A stretch of 64,000 bases of DNA, from contig CAWGMQ010000007.1 of NCBI GenBank assembly GCA_963823665.1, positions 256,001-320,000 of the forward strand, given 5' to 3'. Below are positions 28,890 through 40,561 of the stretch, piece after piece (within the stretch, counting starts at the first letter, position 1; each line of letters begins with the position of its first letter). Under the pieces are notes generated by a model that worked only from the letters and a program-made list of their open reading frames with translations, had not been told where the DNA came from and did not search any database. Source of the stretch: an uncultured Planctomycetota bacterium. Its GTDB lineage: Bacteria > Planctomycetota > Planctomycetia > Isosphaerales > Isosphaeraceae. The position numbers were made by a program, and so were the translations under genes.

Positions 28890-31252
28890 ATGACGAGCCC
28901 CAAGTCCCTCGCCGAGAAGCTTTCCGGGCTGAATCTTCGGTTGCGTCTCCGCGAGCCGCCCGCGGGCATGATTGTCCGCGTCGAGCCGACCGCCAGTTCC
29001 ACGCCGCCGCCGAGATCTCGCGGCTGGAAGAGCGCTGCATGCTGTCGGTCACGCTGGGCCTGACCAAGCTCGATTCGAGCGCACCGGACCTTCCCACCAT
29101 CCCGCCGGCATGGACCACATTTCCCGCCGCGAGCCCTTCCTTGACCTACGTGACGGGCAGCGACAACATAGATTCGCAGGTGATGTCCCTGGCGAATGAG
29201 GCGACCATCCCCAAATCGGTCACAATCACCAACGATAATCCGACACAATGGATTTATCCGATATTACTCGGAGATAACGCTTTCAGCTACAACGGCGGGC
29301 GGTATGATACGACCGACCCGGGGCTCCAGGATTACAGGGTCTACGTCGGCTACTCCGTGAACAACCAGTATTACGAAGGCGTGGCACCGGGATGGAGCAT
29401 CACATTCAACGTACCCGAGGCGCTCTGGGATGCGGGAACGATTCAACTCGTCACCGACACTCCGCAAACCGAGAGTTCGTTCTTTAGCCCCGGAAACCCA
29501 TTCAATTTCAATGGTTCCAGCGACCCGAGCAACCCAGCCGCCGCGAACACGAACGGGGGTGCGAACGTAGCCGTGCAGACGGTTCCGGGTGGCGGAGCGC
29601 TGCTCCTCTATCACGGTGGGCCCAAGGCCGGGATACCCGGCATTGCCACGAGCGCTCCATCGCAGCTCCTGGAATTCACAATAAGGGACGTGTCGCAAAA
29701 CACGGTCCCGGACGCTCCGGGCAACTTTCCAACCGCCGTTGATATCGATATATCCTATTTGAATGCCATGTACCTTCCGGTTGCCATGGAAACGGTATTA
29801 CCAGCACCAAACCAGAGCGCTCCCAGGGCAGGTTATATAGGGACGCTCACCACCTTGGCGTCCTTCGAGAATTCATTGACTCAGTTTGTGACGGGAAGCG
29901 ACCTGGGTGGCTATTTTTATGATGCGCCCGCGGGCATGGGCTGGCCGCAGTTCAATCTCACGCCCTCCGGAGTCACCTCAGGTGCGCTCATCAAGATTCC
30001 TGGAGGCGCCAATATCTTTGCAGAAAGTGCCGCCACAAGCATCTACAAGGTCAACGACTCCGATGCCCCGAGTCCATCGTTGACATCGAGCCAGCAGACC
30101 AGCGTCACGAACGCCGCAAACAACAACTATGCGGTTCAAGAAATTACCGACCTGTTCTTCGGATGGGCAGAGTTTTATGAGGATCACAAGGCAGAATTGG
30201 GCGACAAATACATCGCGCCCAACAAAGAGCTAGCCGATCTCCTCAAATCCGCGGCAGATGATCCCGAGGGTATTCAAGCACAAGATGGCATCGTGCCTTT
30301 CAAGATTCGGACTGCCAAGAGCGGCGCATACGATGAAGCACACGCCCTGAAGTTTGCAACACTCGTATGGAAGGCCATGTGGATCATGAGTAAGGATGAT
30401 GTGCCGAAAAAACCCGGCCTGCCTGCAACGATCAGTTACGAGCCGAGGTACATCGTCGCCAAGGACTTGAAGTTTAGCGTAAGCACGAAGTATCCAGGGC
30501 TCCCCGATCTTTCCGGCTTTACCCCGAAGGTTCTCAAGGAGCTAAAGGCAATGACAAGCGCCAGCAGCAATCCGCCTGTCGCTGCTCCCAATCTGAAGCC
30601 ACGGACGAACATCTATAAAATTGAGGGAGACGACGTCATATTGAACGTTCCCGCAAACTCCGCCGGGAATAAAGACACCACCTACCGCTTCTACTACTTC
30701 CCGCCCAAACCAAACCAACCAGAGCTCCAGGCCACTTCGCAATTGACCGGTCCGGCGATCATCGGAGATCTGGTTGCTGATTTTCAAGATATTCCAACTC
30801 CACCCAACGTCATTGTGCCCTGGTTGGTACACAAAGACAAAAACCCAAAGCTGGACAACAACGGCAGTGTGTCCGGCGGCAGCCAAATGGCCGCTGACAA
30901 CAGACAAGCGATCACCAGTAACGTGATCATTCCATTATTATATGGTGCGACCGCGCCCATGGACCCGCCGTACCCGACTCCCCCAACGCCCGGTAACCCC
31001 AAAACCGACTTGTCAGCCCAGTACAACCTCGATCCCCTGGTATGGTTCGTTCATGACGGCATGAACTGGCCGGTGACGACCATTCAGAATGGTGTGCCTA
31101 CGACCACATACCCGTCGATTACCGCCTATGCCTTCTCCGTCGACGACGGAGTTGGCAACATCAATGTGGCCACTGCCACCGGTTTTGAGGTTTCCGCGGG
31201 AGGTCCCCTCGGGCTTACCAATACCACCGTCTTCCAGGACAAAGATCCATAA
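28890..31252 (+). CDS. Secreted protein with GH64/thaumatin-like beta-1,3-glucanase features; 5' frameshift
   Basis: Leader RLEERCMLS in frame upstream of 29039; DIDISYLNAMYLPVAME and YAFSVDDGVGN resemble GH64 motifs. Confidence 0.6.
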
Positions 31253-31295
31253 GTCGCGCCGGCGTGCTTCTCCGGTCGCCCCGTCACAAAAAAGG

Positions 31296-31490
31296 AGAAA
31301 CCGGGACGAGGGGAAACTGGGACGCGGAGGAGGGGGAAACTGGGACGCGATTAATATTGTGAACCCAAAACGGTCCGCGTCCCGGTTTCACTCCCCCGCG
31401 TCCCGGTTTCACTCCCCCCGGTTTCACTCCCGGCGTCCCGGTTTCACTCCCGGCGTCCCGGTTTCACTCTCCGTCCCGGTTTCACTCTCC
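31296..31490. repeat. Tandem/inverted short repeats (REP-like)
   Basis: 3x AAAC(C/T)GGGACG on the left and about 6x CCCGGTTTCACTC on the right, which are partly reverse complements. Confidence 0.8.
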
Positions 31491-31675
31491 GAGCGCCATC
31501 GGCGCGGTAGAACGCGACGTGGTGAGATTGATCATCCTGTGAAACGAGCGCTATTCCGATGAAGCGAAACGAAGGATGCGCGCGAGCCACTTCCCGAGCC
31601 AGATGATCTCGAGCGGCGGGCGCGAGTCGGTCCGATTCTGAGATATCAAGCTGACATTGCAGCATTCGCACCAGG

Positions 31676-32359
31676 TCAATAATAAATGAACTCAAGCCGA
31701 GGAAGTTGTTTCCGCAACTCATCGATTGCTTCCTCGCTGACATCGGTTCCCTTTAACCAGAGGGATCTGAGACGGGTTAGTCCCTTCAAATGGCGCAGTC
31801 CGGCGTCGGTAATTCTGTTGTTCTCGATGTGCAGGTGTTCGAGATGCACCAATCGTCCGACGTGGATCAGTCCCGCGTCAGAGATCGACGTTCGGTTCAG
31901 GATCAGGGACTTGAGTCGGCTCAAGTGCGCCAATCGCACCATTCCCGCGTCCGAAATCGCCGACCCCCAGAGGTTCAGATCTTCGAGACTCGAAAGATTG
32001 GCAATTTGAGAAAGTTCTGCGCCGGGCCCCTGCGCGTTACACAGCGTCACGAGCGTCACGGTGTCGAGACAGTCGATACCGAGCGAGTCGACGACCCAAG
32101 CCGGCCATTCGGGGGTCCGTTCATACAGTGAGTACTTCCGTTGCCAACCGTACGCTACCCATCCGCCCGCATGCTCAATCGAAAGCACTGCCTCGTGCTG
32201 GATCCGAGCGCTTTGGGCAAGCCCGAATGCGCACATGCCTACGGCCAGAACGGCGACAGCCAGTCCGCGTACGCTGCACCTGGCATACCGGCGCCACGAA
32301 GGAGGCACGGGCGCGTTATTCAAGGGGACGTCAGTCGACCGAGGAATGCTGGACCTCAT
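31676..32359 (-). CDS. Leucine-rich repeat protein
   Basis: LxxLxLxxTxISDAGL repeats after CSVRGL + TM leader. Confidence 0.85.
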   Translation of the reverse strand: MRSSIPRSTDVPLNNAPVPPSWRRYARCSVRGLAVAVLAVGMCAFGLAQSARIQHEAVLSIEHAGGWVAYGWQRKYSLYERTPEWPAWVVDSLGIDCLDTVTLVTLCNAQGPGAELSQIANLSSLEDLNLWGSAISDAGMVRLAHLSRLKSLILNRTSISDAGLIHVGRLVHLEHLHIENNRITDAGLRHLKGLTRLRSLWLKGTDVSEEAIDELRKQLPRLEFIYY

Positions 32360-32588
32360 CTCGTATCGCCTGGTCGCGTCATTCGGCGACTGTGTGCACG
32401 AACTGAGAAAATGGCCGCTCCTGGCGAACTCTGTATAACAGTTCAACGGGCGAGCGCCTAGCTGCGGTGAATGACGTCACATACCCGTTCGCCGGCAGGT
32501 CGGGAGTTGCGCTGAAATGTGCCTTTCATGCCACTCAATGGTATAAATCGATCGTGCTGTCGACTCGGGAAGGCGCGGGAGTAAGTGG

Positions 32589-33143
32589 GTGCATGAGTTC
32601 AATCCGGAGAAGTGGTCGAGGTTCGTCCGGTTCCCAGCCTTCAACCGCGACTGGGAGCGCCTCGGCTTGGACGAGGACGACCTCCGATCACTTGAACTCA
32701 TGATCCTCCAGGAAGAGGGGGTCACAATGAATGAACGGCGCGGCAATAGAACCATGACCCACGCAAAGAAGCGAAGGTCCGAGCCTCAGCGTTCTCGCGC
32801 ACAGAAGCTTTCGCCCGCCGGTGCGCGGATCGTCTCGGCCTTTGAGGAGGCAATCGACGCGATGAGAGGCGGCGAACCATCGGAACGACGGCTTACGGTC
32901 CGCACCTACCATGCCGAGTTCGTCCGCCCCGCATATGGCCCCGATGATGTGCGCCGGGTGCGCAGTCTTCTGCGAATGAGCCAGGTCGTCTTCTCGCGGT
33001 TTCTGGGTGTCGAGCCGAACACCGTCCGCTCTTGGGAACAAGGATCCCGCCCTCCCAGCGCGATCGCTCGGCGGTTCATGGGAGAGATTGAAGCGGACCC
33101 GGTGTATTGGCGGAAGCGAGTTGCGAGAAGTCTTGTTGACTAG
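32589..33143 (+). CDS. HigA-like HTH antitoxin (from ~32754) preceded in frame by a truncated RelE/HigB toxin N-terminus
   Basis: FVRFPAFNRDWERLGLDEDDLRSLELMI (toxin start); MSQVVFSRFLGVEPNTVRSWEQGSRPP (XRE HTH). Confidence 0.75.
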   Translation: MHEFNPEKWSRFVRFPAFNRDWERLGLDEDDLRSLELMILQEEGVTMNERRGNRTMTHAKKRRSEPQRSRAQKLSPAGARIVSAFEEAIDAMRGGEPSERRLTVRTYHAEFVRPAYGPDDVRRVRSLLRMSQVVFSRFLGVEPNTVRSWEQGSRPPSAIARRFMGEIEADPVYWRKRVARSLVD

Positions 33144-35314
33144 GGCTGGCCTGGCGCGCGTCGCCGCGCAAAAGGGCACGAGGCGCCAGCCACCTTTCAG
33201 GGGATTTCACACTAAAGCGAGGGGCGACCGCCTGGATGCGGGAATCGCGCTGGGCGTTTTTGCCGACTTTTTAGCCGCATCGCGCTCGAACCGGGGGGTT
33301 CGATCGAGTTCGTCGTTGCATCCGTTGCAAGCCGCATAAAAATCCCAGATTTTCTAGTCGGCGAAATGGCCGAATCGCGAAAGTGGACCCATCATATTAG
33401 TAGCTCAATCTCGATCGTCGACACCGGAGTCGGCGCGAGGCACAACACCCATGTCTCTGGAACCGGGAATGAGTGCTTCGTTTGCTCGAGCGCGTGCTCG
33501 AGGATCTCAGCTCGGCCTGACCACGCCTCTGCCGTCGGAAAAACGGCGCCGGACTGCGCTCGCAAAGGGGGATCGGTGCGCGACGAAATCCCCCCGAATT
33601 TTGAGCTGCGCCGAGCGTGGGACAGATCTGGACCACGGTGAGGGTGAGTTTTGTTCGGGAGGGCCGGGCAATCATGGAGCGGGACCGGTGGCGTTATCCT
33701 CTTTGGCTCTCAGCATTTCCGTGCAGCTTCAGGGCGTACCGGCCAGCCATCGGCGCGGGGTCAAGACAGCGAGCAAAATGAGACTTTTTTGGGGTCAAGA
33801 GTCCCATTTCGTCCCATTTTGTCCCATTCACTTATGTTGATCTAGATCATGCGGAACATGTCTCGAAAGCCGGAGCGAGGAATGTGAAAGGGGAGACCTT
33901 GCACGGGAGAAACTGACCGGAACAAACAGCGGGCGGGAGCAATCGGATCGATGACCGGAGGATGTCGTGAAAGCGTGGCACGTCGACTTGCGTTTTTTTG
34001 TCGAACGATCCTAACTCAGTTCACGTGGCTGGGAATGCGTAACTTGGAATTAGAGTGAAGGTTGGATCACGAAAACACTCATGAACGGTGACTTGACAAC
34101 CTGGCTGAAATGCGCGAACGAACCCGAGCTTCGTCCCGTTGGGGCGGGAGACATGGCCAGGGTGCGGCCGACAGGTGTGTCGGCCCGAGGGTGGCTGGCC
34201 CGCCGTTTTGGGAGGAGCGCGGCCGACGATCGATGCCGCTGGGTTCTCGGAGTCGGAGGGAGTTATCATTCGGCCACGTGTTCACAATTAACAAAGAAAT
34301 CGCGCAAAGCCGTATGTAGTGATGTTGCAACCGTATCGATTCAGTGTATGCACTTTTTTTGGACGCTTTTATTGCCGATCGCTGAAACCGGTCGCATATT
34401 ATATGTAGGGCAGAGTTTACGAACGCGCGATGCTGGCGCGATGGGCGGCTCCCCTTTGCTTTCCTATCTTCTCGTCGATCTCTACTCATCGTGAGAATTC
34501 GAGCACCAAGTGCAATCCAGTGCGAGCTAGTGCAATGGGCAAAGAGGCTGAGATCAAAACCGAAACCCAGGCAGGCTTGGCCGTTGCGCGAGACGACTCC
34601 ATCGCCCTGGCGGCTTCGCCGCGCAATCGGTCGAGAGCGGGGTTCGCTGCCCGGAATCAGAACCGGGAGCAACGGCGAAGAGCTTCCGTTTTTGATATCA
34701 TTTGTGATCATTCTGCTCCATGGGGCAAGACGCTGGTGGATCGACCCAAGCCTTTTTCGCATGTCCACTTGCAGAGGGCGGCCGGCCCGGATTCGGGGGA
34801 TGGAGCGCTTCGCCGGCCGCGCCGTGGCGATTTTGGACCAAAGCGACTTGGTCGCGGGCGAGGCTTCGGCCGCGAATTCAGACCATGGCTCGCCATCTCG
34901 ACCGAGCGGGTGCGTTCCCTTAACCCTTGTGGGATAAGGACGCGAGACGAATATACAAAACGAACTGGTCGGTCGGGGTGGACGGCTGGACATACGATTC
35001 GCCTGGCACTTGCGTTGGGGAAAATGAATCGCCTTCGGGCGTCGGCCAGCGAACCGCCCGGCCACGCGCGATATTTCTTAACGTGATGCGTCAGTTGATC
35101 GAGCGCACGATGACGCGAGTGCAATCCGGTGGCCGGATCAGAGCCGAAACATGGCGCGCAGCGGCTCGGTGCCGGGGTTGACCTGAAACGAGTTACGTCG
35201 TATGGTACGCACCCACGCGACGGTGCACGAGCCCGTAACGCAGCCGATGATTGTGTCTCATCCGTGTACGATCTATCCAGTTCCAGGTGCAGGATGCGCG
35301 GCCTGGCGTGAGGG

Positions 35315-36271
35315 ATGGAACCCTTGAAGATCGATCGCACGCACATTCTGGTTCTGAACTACAACGGCCGCGCGCTGCTCGAGGAATGCTTGCCAAGCAT
35401 CATCGAGGCGGCTGCGCAAGCGCCCGTTCCGTGTGCTGTCACCGTGGTCGATAACAGCTCGACGGACGGATCGCGCGAGCTGGTGGCGCAGCGCTTTCCG
35501 TCGGTCGGATTCGTGTGCGAACCGAATCACGGCCTGGCGTCGTTCAATCGGGTGCTCGAGCGCTTGCAGGAACCCGTGGTCTTGCTGCTCAACAACGACG
35601 TGAAGCTCGATGCGAAAGCGGTCGGGCCGCTCTTGCGCGTTTTCGAGAGCCATGACGATATTTTCTTTTCCGCTCCATGCTGCTGGACGTTCGACGGCCG
35701 CACCTATGAAGGGATGCGGACGCGGGTGCGCAGCCGGTACGGGCTGATCCAGGGGATGAGCAGGGTGCCAGGATTTGCGGGGGTGATCGACCGCGAGGAC
35801 CTGACGGCCGCGGCCGGGCCGGTGCTGGCGATCGATCGGCGGCGGTTTCTCGACCTGGGTGGGTATGACCCGATTTATTTCCCGGGGCGGATCGAGGACC
35901 TCGACCTGGGATTCCGGTCGTGGATGGCGGGCTATCGCGGCTACTACGTGCCGGAATCGCTGGCGTTCCACAAGGGCTTCGGCACGTTCGAGCCGCGGCT
36001 GGGGAAGGCGGAATGTGACCTTCTGGCGAGCCGCAACACGCTGATCTTCATGTGGAAGAACCTGGGGGGAGCCCGATTGCTGCTTCACTTCCTGTGGCTG
36101 CCGATTCGGCTGGGGGTGTCTTTGCTTCTGGGGCGGCCTGGGTTCGTGCGGGCGTTCTTGGGGGCGCTTTCGCGCATGCGACAGGTGATTGAGGGGCGTC
36201 GAGCGCTTGCGGTCGGGCAGGGGGGATGGACGAGGCGGCAAGAGGCCTTCTTCCGGCGTTTCGAGTGGTGA
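35315..36271 (+). CDS. Glycosyltransferase family 2
   Basis: ILVLNYNG, VVDNSSTDGS, LLLNND, EDLDL. Confidence 0.9.
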   Translation: MEPLKIDRTHILVLNYNGRALLEECLPSIIEAAAQAPVPCAVTVVDNSSTDGSRELVAQRFPSVGFVCEPNHGLASFNRVLERLQEPVVLLLNNDVKLDAKAVGPLLRVFESHDDIFFSAPCCWTFDGRTYEGMRTRVRSRYGLIQGMSRVPGFAGVIDREDLTAAAGPVLAIDRRRFLDLGGYDPIYFPGRIEDLDLGFRSWMAGYRGYYVPESLAFHKGFGTFEPRLGKAECDLLASRNTLIFMWKNLGGARLLLHFLWLPIRLGVSLLLGRPGFVRAFLGALSRMRQVIEGRRALAVGQGGWTRRQEAFFRRFEW

Positions 36272-36324
36272 GTGCTGGAGGCCGACCCACGGACGGGTGG
36301 TCTCGAGGGGCATGGAGGCGTTTG

Positions 36325-37408
36325 ATGGCGGGCCGGGCATTCCACCTTGTGATCGACGCCCGGCCGCGCAGGCGCGCGCGGCCCGCTGGCGACCGAGGTT
36401 GTGCTCGGAAAGAGCGTGCTCGGTCATCTGCTGGAAGTCGCCGACGGAATCGCACCGCCCGAGGAGACGCTGACGATTCACGCGCGCGAGGACGAACACC
36501 CGCGGCTGCGCGAGCTGGCGAGGCGATCGGTGAGCCGAGGCGTGCAACTCGTGTGCGGGCCGCCTCGTGCGGATGCGGCGGTGCTCAAGACGGATTGCTA
36601 CTACGATGCGAAGCGGCTCAGGCGGGTGCTCTTGCGCGGCGGGTCGCCGGAATCGGCGGTGCTGTGGCGGCTGGACCGGCCGGAAACGCTGGCGGTTGCC
36701 GAGGAAGAGCTGCTCAGGCGTCGCACGTACCAGCCGCTGGGAAAGTACTGGGCGTTTCCGCTGGCCGAGCGATTGGCGGAATGGCTCAAGCCGACCGCGG
36801 TGCGGCCCAACGCGGTGACGATCGCCAGTGCGGGCCTCATGTTTTCGGCGGCGGCGATTGCGGCTGGCGGCTTCTCGGGCGCGATCGCCCGCATGTCGAT
36901 GGCGTTTTGCCTGGCGGCGGGTCTGGTGCTCGACACGGCCGACGGGCGGCTGGCGCGACTGCAGGGGACGAGCTCGGCCTTCGGACGATGGCTCGACCAG
37001 GTGCTGGACGAGCTGGTCGACATGGTGTTGCACGCGGCCATCGCCTGGGCGGCCTTTTGCCGCGATGGGCATCCAGGCTGGCTTCTGCTGGGCACCCTCT
37101 ATGCGTCGTCAAAGTATTTGTTTCAGGTTCAGTCGCTGCTGGGCGAGGAGCTTGAAAGCGAGCTGGGACGAACTGCCGCGACCGGCGGATCCGGTCGTCT
37201 AGCCGGCGACACGGCCGGGCTCGCTGTCCGGCTGCGGGAAGGGCTGGCTGCTTTGGTGCATCTGATCGGTCACGCCGATCTGCGGTGGCATCTCTGGATT
37301 GTGCTGGCGCTTCTGGGCCGGCTCGACCTCGCACTCGCAGGCTACGCGGGTTACTTCGCGCTGCGGGCTTCAGGCGGTGCGTTGCGAAAGGGGGTGCGGT
37401 ATGCGTGA
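36325..37408 (+). CDS. CDP-alcohol phosphatidyltransferase family protein; frameshift near 36375
   Basis: PNAVT; DTADGRLARLQGTSSAFGRWLDQVLD signature. Confidence 0.88.
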
Positions 37409-38370
37409 GCCGCGCCTTTCTGTCTTGATCGTGGCCAAGAACGAGGCGCATAACCTCGCCGATTGCTTGCGCGGCGAGCTGGGCCGACGAGCGGGTGGTG
37501 GTGGTTGACTCCGCGAGCCGGGACGCCACGCGCGAGATCGCCGAAAAAATGGCGGACGTTGTGATCGTGCGCGCATTCGACGACTTTGCCAGCCAGCGCA
37601 ACTGTGCTCTCGAGGCGGCTTCCGGCGACTGGGTGCTCTCGATCGACGCCGATGAGCGCGCGACGCCGGCCCTGGCCGAGGAGGTGCGGCGGGTGATCGG
37701 CCAGACGACCAATCGCGAGCGCGGATACCGGGTGCCGATCCGGAGCGTGATCCTGGGGCGTCGCTTCGCGTATTCGGGAACGCAGCACGACTTGCCCCTG
37801 CGGCTGTTCCGGCGCGACAGCGGGCGCTGGGTGGGGCTGGTGCATGAGACGGTCGAGCTGGAGGGCGCCTGCGGCACGCTCGAGAACGCACTCGGGCATC
37901 ATACGCTGCCGAACGTGCAGGAGTTTCTGGGCAAGCTCGATCATTACACGACGCTGGAAGCCCGGAGAGCGATCGAGGAGCGGCGCCGGTTCCGGACCAG
38001 CGACGTGACGCTACGACCAGTGTGGACATTCTTGAAGCTTTATCTATTCAAACAAGGATTTCGTGACGGGGTGGAGGGATTCCTCTTCTGCGCGCTTTCT
38101 GGAGTATCGGTGGCGGTGCGGGCGTGGAAGGTTCGCGAGCTCATTGCTCAGGGGAGGGCTGAGGAAAAGCGGGCCGTGTTGGCGAATTTCGAGCTGGAAG
38201 GTTCGGCGTTTTCTGTTGCCCGACGGTTTTGTGACGGCGACGGCCGGGACGGACCCCCCCTGGCCCCCCCTTCTAGAGGGGGGGAAACTTGGCGCAACAT
38301 TCCCGCCGGGAAATCTCCGCTCCCTCCGGTGCATATTTTCAACAGCCCAGCGCAAGGGAGGGCCTCATGA
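37401..38370 (+). CDS. Glycosyltransferase family 2 (WaaE/KdtX-like); frameshift near 37475
   Basis: LSVLIVAKNEA, FASQRN, IDADE, VHE, GFRDGVEG. Confidence 0.85.
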
Positions 38371-39065
38371 TTGCGGTGCATGAGGCCGTAGTGGGCCGTC
38401 GCTTTGATGCGCACTGCGGGCGATTCAAACGTGAGGTTGCACAGGACGACCCGCGGCTCGAGGCGATTCTGGCGCTACTCGGGCCGCTTGAGGGCCGGCG
38501 GGTGCTGGATCTGGGGTGCGGCAAGGGGCGATTTGCGCGGAGCTTGGTGGCGCTGGGAGCGGAGGTGGTCGGGCTGGACCTCTCCGCGGGGATGCTAGCT
38601 GAAGCGCACGGGCTGTTGAGGGTGCGGGGCTCGGCGCGCCGGCTTCCGTTTGGCGGCGGGAGATTCGACGCGGTGGTGGCGGTCGAGGTTTTCGAGCATC
38701 TGGCGCCTGGGTCGATCGGTCGCGTGTGCGGAGAGGTTCTGCGCGTGCTCGGGCCGGGGGGAACGTTTGTGGTCATCGACAAGAACGCGTGGTCGTGGAA
38801 TGCCCGCCGTCCGTGGCTGCCGAGCCTCGCCGTGAAATGGATCGACGAGCGGCGGGGCCTGTGGATGTACGGGCCGGGGGATCCGGTGCGGGAGCGTTGG
38901 TTCGCTCCGCGGGCGCTCGAGCGGCTGCTGCTGCGGTGGTTTCCCGTGGTGCGAGTGCGGCATCTTCTTTCCCGGGGCGAAGCAGGGCGGTTTCCCTTTC
39001 AGTGGGTGCCGGCTTCGCGGCTCCTCGTACTGTGGGCGGCGACGGCGCCGGGAGGGAAAGCGTGA
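38367..39065 (+). CDS. Class I SAM-dependent methyltransferase
   Basis: VLDLGCGKG, GLDLSAGML, LPF...FD. Confidence 0.88.
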   Translation: MIAVHEAVVGRRFDAHCGRFKREVAQDDPRLEAILALLGPLEGRRVLDLGCGKGRFARSLVALGAEVVGLDLSAGMLAEAHGLLRVRGSARRLPFGGGRFDAVVAVEVFEHLAPGSIGRVCGEVLRVLGPGGTFVVIDKNAWSWNARRPWLPSLAVKWIDERRGLWMYGPGDPVRERWFAPRALERLLLRWFPVVRVRHLLSRGEAGRFPFQWVPASRLLVLWAATAPGGKA

Positions 39066-40561
39066 CCGAGCTATCCTCGCACAAGCTGGCGTCGCTTCCA
39101 CTGCTCTTGTGGAAGACTCCGCCGGGACTGGAGCTGATACTCGCGCAGGAGGGAGTGCCCTTCGAGACCGTGAAAGACCCGCATCCGCTTTCGTTTCGCG
39201 CGGGGCGGTTTGTGCTGTTCGACGGGCAGGCGGTGACGGCCGGGTCGATGCATCCGCTCCTGGGTCCGGCGCATGTTTTGATTGACGTCGACGACTTCCG
39301 GCGCGGGGAGAGCGCCGATCCTTTCGCGGCGATTGTCGATTGCAGCACGGGGATTGGCTCGTGGACCTTTGGCGGTTTCACGGTTTGCGAGCGCGTGGCC
39401 CGGTACGCCAAGGGCTGGCTGAGGCGGCGCTTGATTGGCCGGCTGCGCGACGCGGTGATCGGGGCGGGTGGCGTCTGGATGCGCGTTTCTCCGTTCCCTT
39501 ACCCATATCGCTCGGGTTTCAGTTTCCGGGCCGATCTTGATGAATCGGTGCCTGAGGACTACCACCGGTTTGCCGCCGCGCGGGGAGCGCTTGGGCCGTG
39601 CAGCACGCATTTTGTCAGCACGTATGCCTACACACATCATCAATCGGTGCTGGACGACTTGAAGCGGCATGACACGCAGTCGCACGGACATTTCCATCAC
39701 GTTTATCGCGACGCGGAATTGAATCGGGTGAACCTTGAGCGGGCTCACCGGATCCTGTGCGGCTCCGGGTTTGAGCCGGTGGGGTTTGCCGCACCACACG
39801 GTCGATGGAACGCCAGCCTGGACGGACAGCTCGAGGACCTGGGTTATCTCTACTCCTCGGACTTTCAGATCGGCTACGACGATCTGCCGTTTTATCCGTG
39901 GCGGGGCGACCGATTCTCGCGGGTGCTGCAAGTTCCGGTTCATCCGGTGTGCGAAGGGCTGTTCGTGGAGGCCGGAGTGGAGGAGCCGGAGCTGATTGGC
40001 GAGTATTTCCGCCAGGTGATTTGCTCGCGGCTGGATGCCGGCGAGCTGGCCGTCATTTACGGCCATCCCGAGCGCCGGCTGGGCCGGATGCCCGAGGTCA
40101 TGAAGGCGATCGCCGGCGCGGTCGAGGGGCGGACGCTGGTGTGGCGAGCGTCGTTTTCGGAGCTGGCGCGGTGGTGGCGGTGGCGTGCCGAGCGGCGATG
40201 GCTGGTGATTCCGCGCGAGGACGAGCGCGTCGAGATCCAGTTCGACGAATGGGACACCGAGTATGCACTTGCCGTGGACATTCAGCGCGGCACGTTCCAG
40301 TGTTCGGTACCGGTCACGGGCCCGCGGTTGTCGCTCTGGTCTGCGCGAGCTGGTGTACGAGCGCCGCGAGCCGGGCGAGGATTCTCTGCAATTTCCGGCG
40401 ATCGGGGCTCGGCGCGCTTTCTCTCAAGCGCGCGGTCAAGGCCGCGATCGACTGGGAGACGGTGACGCCGCTCGACCAGATTCCGCGGTCGTCGATTCCC
40501 GAACCGCGTGAAGCGGGGCCTGAGGTGGTGGAAGCTCAAGCGAGCGGGGGTTTATTCATGA
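39062..40561 (+). CDS. Polysaccharide deacetylase-like protein; 3' frameshifts
   Basis: FRADLD, QSHGHFH, GFAAPHG, YSSD, YGHP. Confidence 0.78.

Noticed and set aside
31376..31490. CRISPR array
   Set aside because: Units are 17-21 bp and abut without unique spacers; no cas genes are present.
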